From a bacterium (GTDB lineage Bacteria; Patescibacteriota; Minisyncoccia; Phycocordibacterales; UBA2100): a stretch of DNA of 64,000 bases. This document shows positions 37,609 to 47,731 of the stretch, one piece after another (position 1 is the stretch's first letter; the number at the start of each line of letters is the position of its first letter). The stretch is from the NCBI GenBank assembly GCA_030647655.1, contig JAUSJH010000009.1, forward strand, positions 18,196-82,195, in the 5' to 3' direction. Position numbers and translations under genes: made by a program. The notes under the pieces are model-generated. The model saw only the letters and a list, made by a program, of their open reading frames with translations, did not search any database and was not told the origin of the DNA.

Positions 37609-40065
37609 TTGAGAAAAACGCTACAATGGTCGAATTATATGCTACATATCCGAAGTTTGTGGCGACATACCGTGCGTCTTTGGAAACGCATTCCCCCCTG
37701 GCTCGAGTTGAGTATAATCGGTGTTGTCGCCTTCTTTTTCATAGTCCTCGGCGCGACGGTCGTATGGGCTACCATCGCGCCGATCCCCGCCATAAACAAT
37801 TTCGAAAATCGCCAAGTGGCGCAATCGACCAAAATCTACGACCGGACCGGCAACATCGTTCTCTACGATGTGCACGGTTCGATGCGCCGTACCGCTGTCC
37901 CGATTGAAAAGATATCTCCCTACATCCAAAAAGCCGCGGTGGCGGTGGAAGATGAGACGTTTTATACCAACGCCGGCTTTCGCCCACTCTCCTTTTTGCG
38001 CGCTATCGGAGTGAACGTTCTTCAGGGAAAACCTCTCAGCGGTCAGGGCGGCTCGACCATCACGCAGCAGGTCGTGAAAAATTCGCTCCTCACGCAGGAC
38101 AAAACCATCGCGCGCAAAATAAAAGAGATAATCTTGGCACTCCGGCTCACACGGGTCTATACCAAAGACCAGATACTAAACACGTACCTGAATGAGAGTC
38201 CGTACGGCGGCACGATCTACGGAGTGCAGGAAGCGAGCCAATACTTCTTCGGCGTGGATGCCAAGGACGTGGATTTGGCGCAGGCCGCCTACCTAGCCGC
38301 TCTCCCACAAGCACCGACCTACTATTCCCCATATGGCAACCATCGCGAAGCACTTGATGAGCGCAAGAGCTTCGTGCTGTTCCGTATGAAGGAAAGTGGC
38401 TTCATCACGGATGAGGAATATGCGCAGGCAGAGAACGAGAAGGTGGAGTTTCGCGATGAGGCAGAGGCGGGTATCAAGGCACCACATTTCGTCTTTTATA
38501 TCCGCGAGTATCTCGAGCAGAAATACGGGGCCGACGTGGTCTCGAACACCGGCCTCCACGTGGTCACAACCCTTGATTATGATTTGCAGAAAAAAGCTGA
38601 AGAAACGGTCGCAAAATGGGCGCCTGATATGCAAAAGAATTTCAATGCTGAGAACGAGGGTGTCGTCGCGATTGATCCAAAATCGGGCCAAATCCTTGCA
38701 ATGGTTGGCTCGCGTGGCTACTTTGACGAGACAATAGATGGAAAAGTGAACATCGCGCTCGCGAACCGCCAGCCCGGCTCCTCATTCAAACCATTCGTCT
38801 ACGCGGCCGCCTTCGAAAAAGGCTACACACCAGAAACCGTGGTCTTCGACCTGAAGACACAATTTTCCACGCGCTGTGCGCCGAGCAATATGTCGGACAC
38901 ACCGCCCTGCTACTCGCCCGAGAATTTCGATAACACTTTCAAGGGCCCGATAACCTTGCGCAACGCACTCGCACAATCAGTGAACGTGCCCTCGGTGAAA
39001 ACGCTCTACCTCACGGGGATATCGAACGCACTAAAAATGGCGAAAGACCTCGGTATTACGACGCTGAAAGACGCGAACACGTACGGACTGACGCTCGTCC
39101 TCGGAGGCGGTGAAGTTAATCTGCTCGAGATGACGGGTGCGTACGGTGTTTTCGCAAATGACGGCGTGCGCAATCCACCTACAGGAATCTTGCGCGTGGA
39201 GGATAGTACCGGAAATGTGCTTGAGAGTTACCGAGAGGAAAGCGCGCGGGTGCTCGACCAGCAGATCGCACGACTCATCAATGGCGTGCTTTCCGACAAC
39301 GTCGCTCGTACGCCGGAATTCGGCGCCAATTCGCCGCTGAATTTCCCCGGCTGGGGCGTAGCGGACAAAACAGGAACGACTAACGACTTCCGTGATGTGT
39401 GGATTTTGGGGTACACTCCGTCGATCGCTGTCGGCGCGTGGGCCGGCAACAATGACAACAGCCAGATGGTGAAGAAAATCGCCGCGTTCATCATCGCGCC
39501 GATGTGGCACGAGTTTATGGCTCTCGCACTCGAAAAGTATTCTTCACAGTCCGATACTTTCCCAGCTCCATCTCCCGATCCAGACGTCGCGGGCCTGCCA
39601 CAGGTACTCTCCGGTAATTGGAACACCGATCCATCGCAAGGCGTGCACGACATTTTGTATTGGATAGATAAAAATAATCCGCGCGGGGGTAAGCCGAGTA
39701 ACCCAGCGAGCGACCCGCAGTTCGCGTATTGGGATTATTCTGTGTCGTTGTGGGCGGGCCAGCAGGCCGCTGTGGGGCAACCAGTGGTCCCCAACGCCTC
39801 GCCTACCGGTTTCCATATTGCCTCGCCGCAAGCAGGCGCTGTCGTTGTATTCGGTCAACCCCTGATCTTCAGCGCAAGTGCGCAAATGGGAACCATTGTG
39901 GGCGTTTCTTACTTCGTGAACGGTGGCCTAATCGGCACCACAGGACAATCGCCGTACTCAATCGCCTACATTCCAAATACGCGCGGCCCGGCGACTCTAC
40001 GCGCCGTCGCCCAGCACCCCGACTCTTCGGTCGAGGAACAAACAATTACATTTACGGTCCAATGA
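37609..40065 (+). CDS. class A penicillin-binding protein (PBP1A: GT51 transglycosylase + transpeptidase) with a C-terminal extension
   Basis: GT51 motifs EDETFYTNAGF, GGSTITQQVVKN, RKIKE. Transpeptidase motifs SSFKPF, SVN, KTGT. N-terminal TM anchor. Confidence 0.85.
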   Translation: MRKTLQWSNYMLHIRSLWRHTVRLWKRIPPWLELSIIGVVAFFFIVLGATVVWATIAPIPAINNFENRQVAQSTKIYDRTGNIVLYDVHGSMRRTAVPIEKISPYIQKAAVAVEDETFYTNAGFRPLSFLRAIGVNVLQGKPLSGQGGSTITQQVVKNSLLTQDKTIARKIKEIILALRLTRVYTKDQILNTYLNESPYGGTIYGVQEASQYFFGVDAKDVDLAQAAYLAALPQAPTYYSPYGNHREALDERKSFVLFRMKESGFITDEEYAQAENEKVEFRDEAEAGIKAPHFVFYIREYLEQKYGADVVSNTGLHVVTTLDYDLQKKAEETVAKWAPDMQKNFNAENEGVVAIDPKSGQILAMVGSRGYFDETIDGKVNIALANRQPGSSFKPFVYAAAFEKGYTPETVVFDLKTQFSTRCAPSNMSDTPPCYSPENFDNTFKGPITLRNALAQSVNVPSVKTLYLTGISNALKMAKDLGITTLKDANTYGLTLVLGGGEVNLLEMTGAYGVFANDGVRNPPTGILRVEDSTGNVLESYREESARVLDQQIARLINGVLSDNVARTPEFGANSPLNFPGWGVADKTGTTNDFRDVWILGYTPSIAVGAWAGNNDNSQMVKKIAAFIIAPMWHEFMALALEKYSSQSDTFPAPSPDPDVAGLPQVLSGNWNTDPSQGVHDILYWIDKNNPRGGKPSNPASDPQFAYWDYSVSLWAGQQAAVGQPVVPNASPTGFHIASPQAGAVVVFGQPLIFSASAQMGTIVGVSYFVNGGLIGTTGQSPYSIAYIPNTRGPATLRAVAQHPDSSVEEQTITFTVQ

Positions 40066-40082
40066 TTTATTCCCGAAGTTCC

Positions 40083-41180
40083 CTAGCGGTTCAAAGGCAT
40101 GACGAGATACGTGAACGAAGGGTCGGAGACGCCGCGGATGACTAGGGGCTTACCGGCACCGGAAAAGCCCATGATTATTGAATCGGATTCGATGGTTGGG
40201 AGGCAGTCTGCCAAGTAGCCGATGTGGAAATTGATGTCGAGGTCTTCGCCGGAGAGCGCCGCGTCGATAGAGTCGGACATCTCACCAACCTCTGCGCTTC
40301 GCGCCGTCGCGCTGAAAATCTTTCTCTTCGGATACGCGTGAAACCCCACGTGCTGATCATTGCCGGAAAAGACTCGCGCCTTGCGCAGAGTCTCGGCGAG
40401 ATCGTTTTTGAGAACAGTAGCCTCGGTCGCAAAATTCTTCGGCATGATCTCTTTGTAATTCGGGAAGGTGCCGTCCACAACGCGCGATATGTAGCACACC
40501 CCCGGGGCCGCAATCGACATTTGTGATTCGTCCGCCGAAAGTTCGACTTCGCCCACATTGACGTGCTCTAGCACGTGTACGAGTTCGAGCGCATGCTTGA
40601 GGGGAACAAGAAGCTCTACACTTTGTTTCCCCGCTACACCGGAAATTGTTTTTTCCGCTAGTCTGAAAGAGTCGGTCGCGACACAGAGGATGGCTCCTGG
40701 CTTGATAGATACATACACACTACCCAACTCCGGGCGAATCATTGATGGTGACGCGGCATACGACACGGCGGAAATGCCTCGCATTAATTCTTCTCGTGAG
40801 ACGTTTACCCCATGCAAATCCTTAGTTGTATTAAGTGCGGGGAATTCGTCGTGTGGGATTGACTTTATAAGTGTTTTCGTCCCACGTGATTCAATAACAA
40901 GATTCCCCTCTTCCGTCTTAAGTGTTACCTTTTCGCTTGATATTGAGTGTAGTGTTTGGGAAAGAACATTTGCCGGTATCGCTATAATTCCCTTATCCTC
41001 CACCTCCGACGCCACATGTATCTCTATTCCTGCCTCTAAATTAGTTGCTCGTACAGTAATATCCTTCCCTATATCAAGTAAAATACATGAAAGTATTGGA
41101 AGGGATTCTTTTTTACCAACAATACGCTCAGCCAGAACAACAGCATTTAAAATACCTTCCTTTTTTGTTCGAGTCTTCAT
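40083..41180 (-). CDS. dnaN: DNA polymerase III beta sliding clamp
   Basis: 365 aa, three-domain clamp pattern; adjacent to dnaA. Confidence 0.85.
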   Translation of the reverse strand: MKTRTKKEGILNAVVLAERIVGKKESLPILSCILLDIGKDITVRATNLEAGIEIHVASEVEDKGIIAIPANVLSQTLHSISSEKVTLKTEEGNLVIESRGTKTLIKSIPHDEFPALNTTKDLHGVNVSREELMRGISAVSYAASPSMIRPELGSVYVSIKPGAILCVATDSFRLAEKTISGVAGKQSVELLVPLKHALELVHVLEHVNVGEVELSADESQMSIAAPGVCYISRVVDGTFPNYKEIMPKNFATEATVLKNDLAETLRKARVFSGNDQHVGFHAYPKRKIFSATARSAEVGEMSDSIDAALSGEDLDINFHIGYLADCLPTIESDSIIMGFSGAGKPLVIRGVSDPSFTYLVMPLNR

Positions 41181-41394
41181 ATATTTCTATATATAAATAC
41201 TATTACTATTATTAGTGGTGGGGATAGTGTGGAGAAGGTGATTCCCCTGCGCACTCTGTGGATTATTTAATGACTGGTATCTGTTGAAAACCTCAGTCAA
41301 TAATTCTAGCAACATGTGGAGAGCTCGTCTCATAAGTTTTTGTTGTGCATAAGTGCCATGTTGTACGTGATGGGTTCACAGACTATACACATAG
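41181..41394. promoter_or_regulatory. dnaA-dnaN intergenic region with DnaA-box-like motifs and an AT-rich stretch (candidate oriC/DUE)
   Basis: ATATTTCTATATATAAATACTATTACTATTATTAG (AT-rich). GTGGTGGGGATAGTGTGGAG at 41215..41234. TGTGGATTA (one mismatch to TGTGGATAA) at 41257..41265. TGTGGAGAG near 41316. Confidence 0.55.
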
Positions 41395-42744
41395 TTATGC
41401 ATGTATGAGCGTGCGGATATGATCGAGCTCCTGCTCGAGCGAGGTGTTGGATTTAATTTCCTCTTTTATTTTTTCGCACGAGTGAATAACTGTCGTATGG
41501 TCACGACCGCCAAGCTTTTCCCCTATCGAGGGATACGAGACGCTGAATTCCTCGCGCAACATGTACATGATAATCTGGCGCGGCTTCACAACTTCTTTCT
41601 TACGGGTCTTCTCGTAGATACTTTTTTCGGGGATATCGTAGTATTGGGCGATGCGGCGCACCACTTCGTCCACCGAGACTCCGCGGTTGGGCTTCACGTT
41701 GTGTTTGATGAGCGCGCGAACGTCCGCGTGTGACACCGCCTTGCCTTTGAGCTGTGATTTACACACAATCATGTTAAGGACCCCCTCAAGTTCGCGGATA
41801 TTTCCACGCAGGCTTTCTGCGATGTATTGGACGATGTCTTCGGGGATCGAGAATCCATGCTGCTCGATCTTGGCTTTGATGATGGCGACACGGGACTCCA
41901 TATCCGGCTCGGGGATTTCTGCGATCATTCCTGCGGCGAATCGTCCCCTCAAGCGATCTTCAAGCCCCGGCAGGAGCGCGGGGTGCTTGTCGGATGAGAA
42001 TACGATTTGTTTGTTGTTGTCCCGCATCGCATTGAAAAGGTGGAACAGTTCTTCCTGCGTCTTTTCCGTGTTCGCGATGAATTGGACATCGTCCATGATG
42101 AGGACGTCGTACTGGCGGTACTGATCCTTGAAATTGTTGGCATGACCCGCGCGCACCGCATTGATGTAATCGATTGCGAAGCGTTCAGAAGTCACATAGA
42201 GAACTTTCTTGTTCGTGTGTGCTTTCTTGAAATAATTCCCGACCGCCTGTATTAGGTGAGTTTTGCCGTGCCCCGTCTGACCGTAGATGAACAGCGGGTT
42301 GTATGCAAGCCCCGGCCGCTCAAGGACTGCGCGCGCCGCAGCATGCGCAAGCTCGTTGAAAGGACCGACCACGAACGTTTCAAAAGTGTAGCGCGGATTC
42401 AGGTTGTCACGTTTGTCTATGTAGAGACTCCCGAGGTCGAGTGAGGTGTTCTCGCCCACCTGCGGCCGTGCCGGCTTGCGCTCCGCCGGGGCTGCCGTGG
42501 AGCGGTGAACTGCGTATTCGACAGTACGAACGGAGCTGTCGAGTCCGCGTAAAGCCTTCATTATGAGCTTGTGGTGCTTTTCCATGAGCCACTCTTTAAC
42601 GATTTTCGAGGGAACGGCCACGTGGACGAGTCCTCCATCGCGGCTTGCGATATCGGTATTCCTAAACCACGTGCGAAATGATGCTTCAGAAGTTCCAAGC
42701 TCGATTTGCACGAGCGCGTTCTGCCATAATTCACGGTTACTCAT
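41395..42744 (-). CDS. dnaA: chromosomal replication initiator DnaA
   Basis: AAA+ Walker A GQTGHGKTHL, Walker B VLIMDDVQF, sensor motifs, and the C-terminal DNA-binding domain. Confidence 0.9.
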   Translation of the reverse strand: MSNRELWQNALVQIELGTSEASFRTWFRNTDIASRDGGLVHVAVPSKIVKEWLMEKHHKLIMKALRGLDSSVRTVEYAVHRSTAAPAERKPARPQVGENTSLDLGSLYIDKRDNLNPRYTFETFVVGPFNELAHAAARAVLERPGLAYNPLFIYGQTGHGKTHLIQAVGNYFKKAHTNKKVLYVTSERFAIDYINAVRAGHANNFKDQYRQYDVLIMDDVQFIANTEKTQEELFHLFNAMRDNNKQIVFSSDKHPALLPGLEDRLRGRFAAGMIAEIPEPDMESRVAIIKAKIEQHGFSIPEDIVQYIAESLRGNIRELEGVLNMIVCKSQLKGKAVSHADVRALIKHNVKPNRGVSVDEVVRRIAQYYDIPEKSIYEKTRKKEVVKPRQIIMYMLREEFSVSYPSIGEKLGGRDHTTVIHSCEKIKEEIKSNTSLEQELDHIRTLIHA

Positions 42745-43028
42745 AGAAATATTCGCTATGCGCGGGAGGCCGGTCTATTATACGCGCGGATATCAAGAGG
42801 GAAAGCAGGGATATTTTCAAAGGCCGGGTGCATAACGTGGGGATAGTGTGTGGATGGAGAAATCCCGAAGATACCGCTCCATCGAATTTACTGTTTGTAG
42901 TATTTTGTCCCGTATCACCGCTACGGGGCGCCGTTGTTACCTGAATAATTGTTGCTCAAGGTTCTATGTGCGGTATCGGCGTGATTTCTCGGGGTTGTGT
43001 TGGTTGAGAAAATCAGTATAGTGCTTGG
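42745..43028. promoter_or_regulatory. rpmH-dnaA intergenic region with DnaA-box-like motifs (second candidate oriC segment)
   Basis: GTGGGGATAGTGTGTGGATGG at 42836..42856 repeats the GTGGGGATAGTGTG motif seen at 41217. TGTGGATGG box-like. Confidence 0.5.
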
Positions 43029-43163
43029 ATGAAACGAACGTGGCAACCGAAAAAGCGCAAACGCGCAAAGACGCACGGCTTCCGTGAGCGCTCCTCGAGC
43101 ACTTCAGGCCGCAACGTCTTGCGCCGCAGGCGCCGAAAGGGCCGCGCGCGCCTTTCAGTGTAA
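43029..43163 (+). CDS. rpmH: 50S ribosomal protein L34
   Basis: [44 protein letters not shown], 44 aa; not in the ORF track because it is <60 aa. Confidence 0.85.
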   Translation: MKRTWQPKKRKRAKTHGFRERSSSTSGRNVLRRRRRKGRARLSV

Positions 43164-43166
43164 CGA

Positions 43167-43517
43167 ATGCCCAAAAAATACCGGCTCTCGCGTGCCGATT
43201 TTGCCCGTCTCGTGCGGAGTAAGTCCACTCGCGTGCACGGAACACTTTTTTCTCTTACAATCACACACCTACCCGATGCTGCCGGTGTAAAAGCAGTCTG
43301 TGTCGTCTCTAAAAAAGTGTCCGCGCGCGCAGTCGATCGCAACAGGGTCGAGCGCCGATGCCGCGAGAGCATCCGCCCAATACTTCCTCGCATCCAAAAA
43401 CCTGTTGCCTTAGTTTTCCACGCCAAGCGCGAAGCGAGAGTTGCCTCTTTTGCAGAGATATCACGCGATGTTGGAGAATTATTGAGAGAAGCGTACGCAC
43501 GCGGTGCACCACGTTAG
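43167..43517 (+). CDS. rnpA: ribonuclease P protein component
   Basis: 116 aa, basic, immediately downstream of rpmH; RNR-like motif region (…KKVSARAVDRNRVERRCRE…). Confidence 0.85.
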   Translation: MPKKYRLSRADFARLVRSKSTRVHGTLFSLTITHLPDAAGVKAVCVVSKKVSARAVDRNRVERRCRESIRPILPRIQKPVALVFHAKREARVASFAEISRDVGELLREAYARGAPR

Positions 43518-43559
43518 AGGCTTCGTGAAATTGGTTTCGGTGGCCGCGCTATCTTTCCG

Positions 43560-44327
43560 ATGCCTTTGCGTTCGGTGCCTCCAACGAGGTACAATCCGGA
43601 CACAATGATCTCGTACGTTTTTCACGCCGCGATATACGACCCATTGTACAATGGGCTTGTCTTTCTCGTCGACGTCATACCGACGCACGATATGGGGCTT
43701 GCGGTTATTGCATTGACAATCATTGCGCGCATCGTCATCTACCCTCTTTCGAAGCGTGCTATTGCAACACAGATGGCGATGAAAAAGATCGCGCCGGAAG
43801 TAGAGAGGGTTAAGGTGAAACACAAAGATGATCGTGAAGCCCAGAGTAAGGCAATTTTCGCACTCTATCGAGAACGAGGGGTGCACCCTTTCGCGAGTTT
43901 CGGACTCGTACTCATCCAATTCCCGGTCCTCATCGGACTTTACTGGGTATTTTATGCGGGCGGTCTTCCGGCGGTCGACGCCTCGCTCCTCTACGGGTTC
44001 GTCCATGCGCCCGCTGCGATAAACATGTCTTTTCTTGGTTTCGTCGATATGGGAGGGCGCAATATCCTCATCGCCGCGCTCGCTGGGATAACCCAGCTCA
44101 TCTACAGCAGGCTTTCTATGGGGCCGCGCGGCTCGCAAACGCCGACCGAAGCAACGCTGTCGAGTGACATGGCGAGGAGCTTTGATATGCAGGCGCGCTA
44201 TGTATTGCCGGTCATTATCGGTGTTATCGGATACACCATTCCGGCCGCAGCTCCTCTTTACTGGACGACGAGCAACATATTCATGATCGGGCAGGAATAT
44301 CTCGCTGGCCGGCGGTTTAAAGGATAG
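43560..44327 (+). CDS. yidC: membrane protein insertase YidC (short Oxa1-like form)
   Basis: Conserved YidC core (LAVIALTIIARIVIYPLSKRA…MKKIAPEVERVK…LYRERGVHPFASFGLVLIQFPVLIGLYW). Alternative start at 43605. Confidence 0.8.
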   Translation: MPLRSVPPTRYNPDTMISYVFHAAIYDPLYNGLVFLVDVIPTHDMGLAVIALTIIARIVIYPLSKRAIATQMAMKKIAPEVERVKVKHKDDREAQSKAIFALYRERGVHPFASFGLVLIQFPVLIGLYWVFYAGGLPAVDASLLYGFVHAPAAINMSFLGFVDMGGRNILIAALAGITQLIYSRLSMGPRGSQTPTEATLSSDMARSFDMQARYVLPVIIGVIGYTIPAAAPLYWTTSNIFMIGQEYLAGRRFKG

Positions 44328-44335
44328 GTCTGTGT

Positions 44336-44878
44336 TTGCTCAGCGGTGGGCTGGGGGGTATAGTGCCCCGCATGGAATCAGTCGGGGCAATCCTTAAAGA
44401 ACTTCTTTCCGTGATAGGTGTGCCGTACACAAGCATCGAACAGACCTCTGCCGCCGGACAGGAAATTTTCTCTATTCACACTGATGGAGACGCCCGCGCC
44501 CTCATCGGGGCACACGGGGACACCATCTATGCAATTGATATGCTGGTAAAGAAGATCTACGAAAAGCGCATGCCCGCTCCTCTTTCGGGCGAAGGGCCGG
44601 CCGAAGGAGACCATTCTGTGCAGGGAACGCGCGCGCCGATGTTTCTCATAGATGTAAACGATTACCGCGCAAAGCAGATAAAGGACTTACAAGCGAAAGT
44701 TCTCATGATGGCCGAACGTGCCCGCTCGCTCCAGTACGATGTCGAGCTATCCCCCATGACTTCCTACGAACGTTTGATCGTACACACCACACTTCAAGGA
44801 GCACCGAACGTGAAAACAGAATCACAAGGAGAGGGGCGCGGTCGCAGAGTGGTAATCAAATACTCTGCCAGTGTTTGA
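44336..44878 (+). CDS. Jag/KhpB-type RNA-binding protein (KH + R3H)
   Basis: A C-terminal R3H-like motif (…LSPMTSYERLIVHTTLQGAPNVKTESQGEGRGRRVVIKY) and the classic position after yidC. Confidence 0.7.
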   Translation: MLSGGLGGIVPRMESVGAILKELLSVIGVPYTSIEQTSAAGQEIFSIHTDGDARALIGAHGDTIYAIDMLVKKIYEKRMPAPLSGEGPAEGDHSVQGTRAPMFLIDVNDYRAKQIKDLQAKVLMMAERARSLQYDVELSPMTSYERLIVHTTLQGAPNVKTESQGEGRGRRVVIKYSASV

Positions 44879-44883
44879 TATTC

Positions 44884-45273
44884 CTATAATGCCGGCCTGA
44901 CGTTCTTGAACGCATTCAACTGCAAGATGTCCGGATTAATCTGGTAGAGGATGAGATAAATAGCAAGAAGAAGAAGAAGGCCAAGCGTGACTTCGCCCAG
45001 GATTCTTTTCGCCTCGGCTTTCGTGCTCCACATATCGGCAGCTCCCATATAGAGATACCCAGCGTAGGCTATTCTCAATACGGCGACTATCGCGCCGATT
45101 GCAATAGCGAATTTAAAAAGCCCGTTAACAAAATTCGAGAGATCGCCGTTCGAAGTATAAAGCTGGCCAAGCTTCGAGCCAGCCGGGGTCTCCGCAAGAG
45201 GCACGAACGTCGCGAAAAGAGCATTTTTTGCCCGAGCACGTGACCACACGATCAATCGCCTGAACATAGTCAT
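44884..45273 (-). CDS. VirB2/TrbC-like putative pilin (last gene of the T4SS-like operon)
   Basis: 129 aa with an N-terminal leader and two hydrophobic helices (LFKFAIAIGAIVAVLRIAYAGYLYM; VTLGLLLLLAIYLILYQI) separated by a short loop. Assigned from topology only. Confidence 0.4.
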   Translation of the reverse strand: MTMFRRLIVWSRARAKNALFATFVPLAETPAGSKLGQLYTSNGDLSNFVNGLFKFAIAIGAIVAVLRIAYAGYLYMGAADMWSTKAEAKRILGEVTLGLLLLLAIYLILYQINPDILQLNAFKNVRPAL

Positions 45274-46670
45274 GGGGCGAGGCGCAAGAGCCAGAGCGAC
45301 CGATCGGTCGCGTTTATGAATGAAATATAATTTCCACTACCGTCGATGATCGGATCCATGACGTCAACTGGTGCTCCCGCGTCCGGTGTATACACGAGCT
45401 CCGAACTGCCCGCACTCACATCAATACGCCAAATGGCGTCGGACGAATGCGCGGCGCCTCGGTACCATTCATCAAGGAAATCTCGCGATACGACCCCTTG
45501 AGGCGCCGCGCAATAGACAACGGCAGTCGTGCCTAGAGACCAGACACACTTGTCTGCAATTGTCCGAAGCGGAACCTCGACCGCGCTCGTGTTCGCGCTC
45601 AACCGCGTGAAGAGAGTGAGCGCCCCGTCCTCCGAACGTCCCCACACGAGGGCGCTTGAGGAGGCCCGAGGGAGGATTGTCAGGCCGGGGATAATCCGCA
45701 GAAGCGGGACGAGCGTGCCGTCGCCTTTGAGCTCGTAGGAGTATCCAGACACACTGTCGGCAGCTGCCTGCGTGAGAATGATACGTCCATCGGAAAGCCA
45801 AAGCGGGCGCCAATGCACGATTGGGGAAGAGAAAACCTGTTTCGGCTTTTCGCCGTTCCATTGCGCTCGAAAACCCGCTGTCCCTGCCTCGTTGCGTGTG
45901 AGGTAAAATAACTCACCGGATTTTGGATTGACAACGAGACTCAGGATATTCTTCGCAAGCATGACGCCAGAAAGCGGCGAAACAGCATCCCGCGCGCCAC
46001 CACCGGTCGAAGATGCCACCTGTATAGATCCTGCGAATGTGGCAATGTCCCCACTCCCGTCAATCGAACGCTCGTAGACGTGCCCACTTCCCATCACAAG
46101 CGCTTCGTATATTTTTGGCATGAGCGTGTTCGTCATGCGGATTACTGTCCCGGTTTCTGGGTCGGCCTCGAATACATAGCCGTTAGAGCGCTCAACATAG
46201 CGCAAAACCGGGCGCGCTGAATTTTTCGAGAACGCGATACCCGCGACGGGGGCACTAACCACATGCCACAATTGAGGCGGACGGTTTTTTGGTGGAGGTG
46301 CAGTCGACGTACGCGCCTGCACAGAAGTATCAGTACCAAGCAGTTTGCCGAAATCTCCACCAAATGATCCGCTGGTCGACAGCGCAGGCACGATTGCAGA
46401 TTCTCCGGTGAGAACATTCCAGACTCTAGACAAAAATCCAACGTTTGTCGGAGCAGGAGATGATTCGGGGGCAGGCGACAGTAACTGTGATGCATTTCCC
46501 CCCGCGTCCCCGAGAGGGGCCTCTACTCCGTATCCTCGCGCCTCGTCTTGCGACAGGCTCGTTTGTGATTGTGTGCGTAGGAAAAAGTACCATCCAGAAA
46601 GTCCTCCAAGCATGAGGACAATAAGCGCCGCAAGAATATACTCGATGATCGTTCGCGTATTCATATTCAC
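45270..46670 (-). CDS. hypothetical membrane-anchored extracytoplasmic protein (T4SS-like operon)
   Basis: 466 aa, N-terminal TM IIEYILAALIVLMLGGLSGWYFFL, then a large soluble domain. 4-nt overlaps with both neighbouring genes. Confidence 0.5.
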   Translation of the reverse strand: MNMNTRTIIEYILAALIVLMLGGLSGWYFFLRTQSQTSLSQDEARGYGVEAPLGDAGGNASQLLSPAPESSPAPTNVGFLSRVWNVLTGESAIVPALSTSGSFGGDFGKLLGTDTSVQARTSTAPPPKNRPPQLWHVVSAPVAGIAFSKNSARPVLRYVERSNGYVFEADPETGTVIRMTNTLMPKIYEALVMGSGHVYERSIDGSGDIATFAGSIQVASSTGGGARDAVSPLSGVMLAKNILSLVVNPKSGELFYLTRNEAGTAGFRAQWNGEKPKQVFSSPIVHWRPLWLSDGRIILTQAAADSVSGYSYELKGDGTLVPLLRIIPGLTILPRASSSALVWGRSEDGALTLFTRLSANTSAVEVPLRTIADKCVWSLGTTAVVYCAAPQGVVSRDFLDEWYRGAAHSSDAIWRIDVSAGSSELVYTPDAGAPVDVMDPIIDGSGNYISFINATDRSLWLLRLAP

Positions 46671-47731
46671 TGTGTAGTGTTACGGAACTGGTCTTGGAGT
46701 GGCTCACTTGACGATAGCATGATGTTCCACACACGCTTCACGTCCGTGTAGAAATTGCTCGTGTGCGTTAGCTCGAGCTCGATAAGCGCGATTCCGTTCG
46801 AGTTCGTGGCATTTATGGTGATTTCGCTCGGAGCACTCGCGCTTCGTGGGACCAAGGCACCGTTGACCCGCCATCCATACATAAGAGTGGGGTCGTTGAC
46901 GCTCCGCGCTTGCGAGAAATACGGAACGGCCGCGAATGTCATCTCGGACTCTGGGATGAAGGTAGAAGCGCCGAGTGAGCGGTGGTAGAGAATTCCGTAG
47001 AGCGGATGGTCCTCGTAGAGGGCGAGCATTGGCTCGACCGATTGCGCGGCGACACGCGCTTCTCCCGAGAGCACTCCGTCTTGGGTGCGGACCTCGACCG
47101 AGAAGTTGTCGGCTCCGTACAGATGAAGAAAAGGAATATGAACGCTCGATTTCCCGCGCCCCGAAATACTGCCGAGTACTTCGCCATTTCTGCGCCACGT
47201 ATAGATGAGGTCGGAGGCTGCGATCAGCGGCCCGCTCGGGCGCTTAAAGCGCGGGATGACTGAAAGCTCTAGGGTCGTTCCGGCCGAGACGAGCGCTCTT
47301 CCGCGATAGAAAGGCGGAATATAGGAATCCGAGTCAATAAGTAGGTCAAGCTCGGTTGGAATAATAATCGCCCGTCCGGAAGCCGAGACCCAGTCCGGAG
47401 CGATTACGCCGACTTCGATGTCAGTCTCTACTCCTAGAGCCCCTGCAGTCACTTGCGCTGAGTCAACGCCGACTCCCTGCGCGATTGTTTTGCCGTTCGC
47501 GCGCCAGAGTATCGTGCTTGTCCCAAGGTCGAGCACGGAGCTCTTCACGGCGAGTTCCACGGTTTCTCCAGGGCTCGGGTGAAGTGGAGAGAGGCTGATA
47601 GAAAGTGCGCGCTCTATTCCGAGAAGGCCGAGCTGTGCGTGGGCACGCAAAGGAAGAAGGATTGTGCATAAAAATATTACACTGCCTGTAATTATCAGAT
47701 ACCTTACTGTGACGCCCCGCAACGTACTCAT
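46667..47731 (-). CDS. hypothetical secreted protein (T4SS-like operon)
   Basis: 354 aa, signal peptide LIITGSVIFLCTILLPLRAHAQ; 4-nt overlaps with neighbours. Confidence 0.5.
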   Translation of the reverse strand: MSTLRGVTVRYLIITGSVIFLCTILLPLRAHAQLGLLGIERALSISLSPLHPSPGETVELAVKSSVLDLGTSTILWRANGKTIAQGVGVDSAQVTAGALGVETDIEVGVIAPDWVSASGRAIIIPTELDLLIDSDSYIPPFYRGRALVSAGTTLELSVIPRFKRPSGPLIAASDLIYTWRRNGEVLGSISGRGKSSVHIPFLHLYGADNFSVEVRTQDGVLSGEARVAAQSVEPMLALYEDHPLYGILYHRSLGASTFIPESEMTFAAVPYFSQARSVNDPTLMYGWRVNGALVPRSASAPSEITINATNSNGIALIELELTHTSNFYTDVKRVWNIMLSSSEPLQDQFRNTTQ

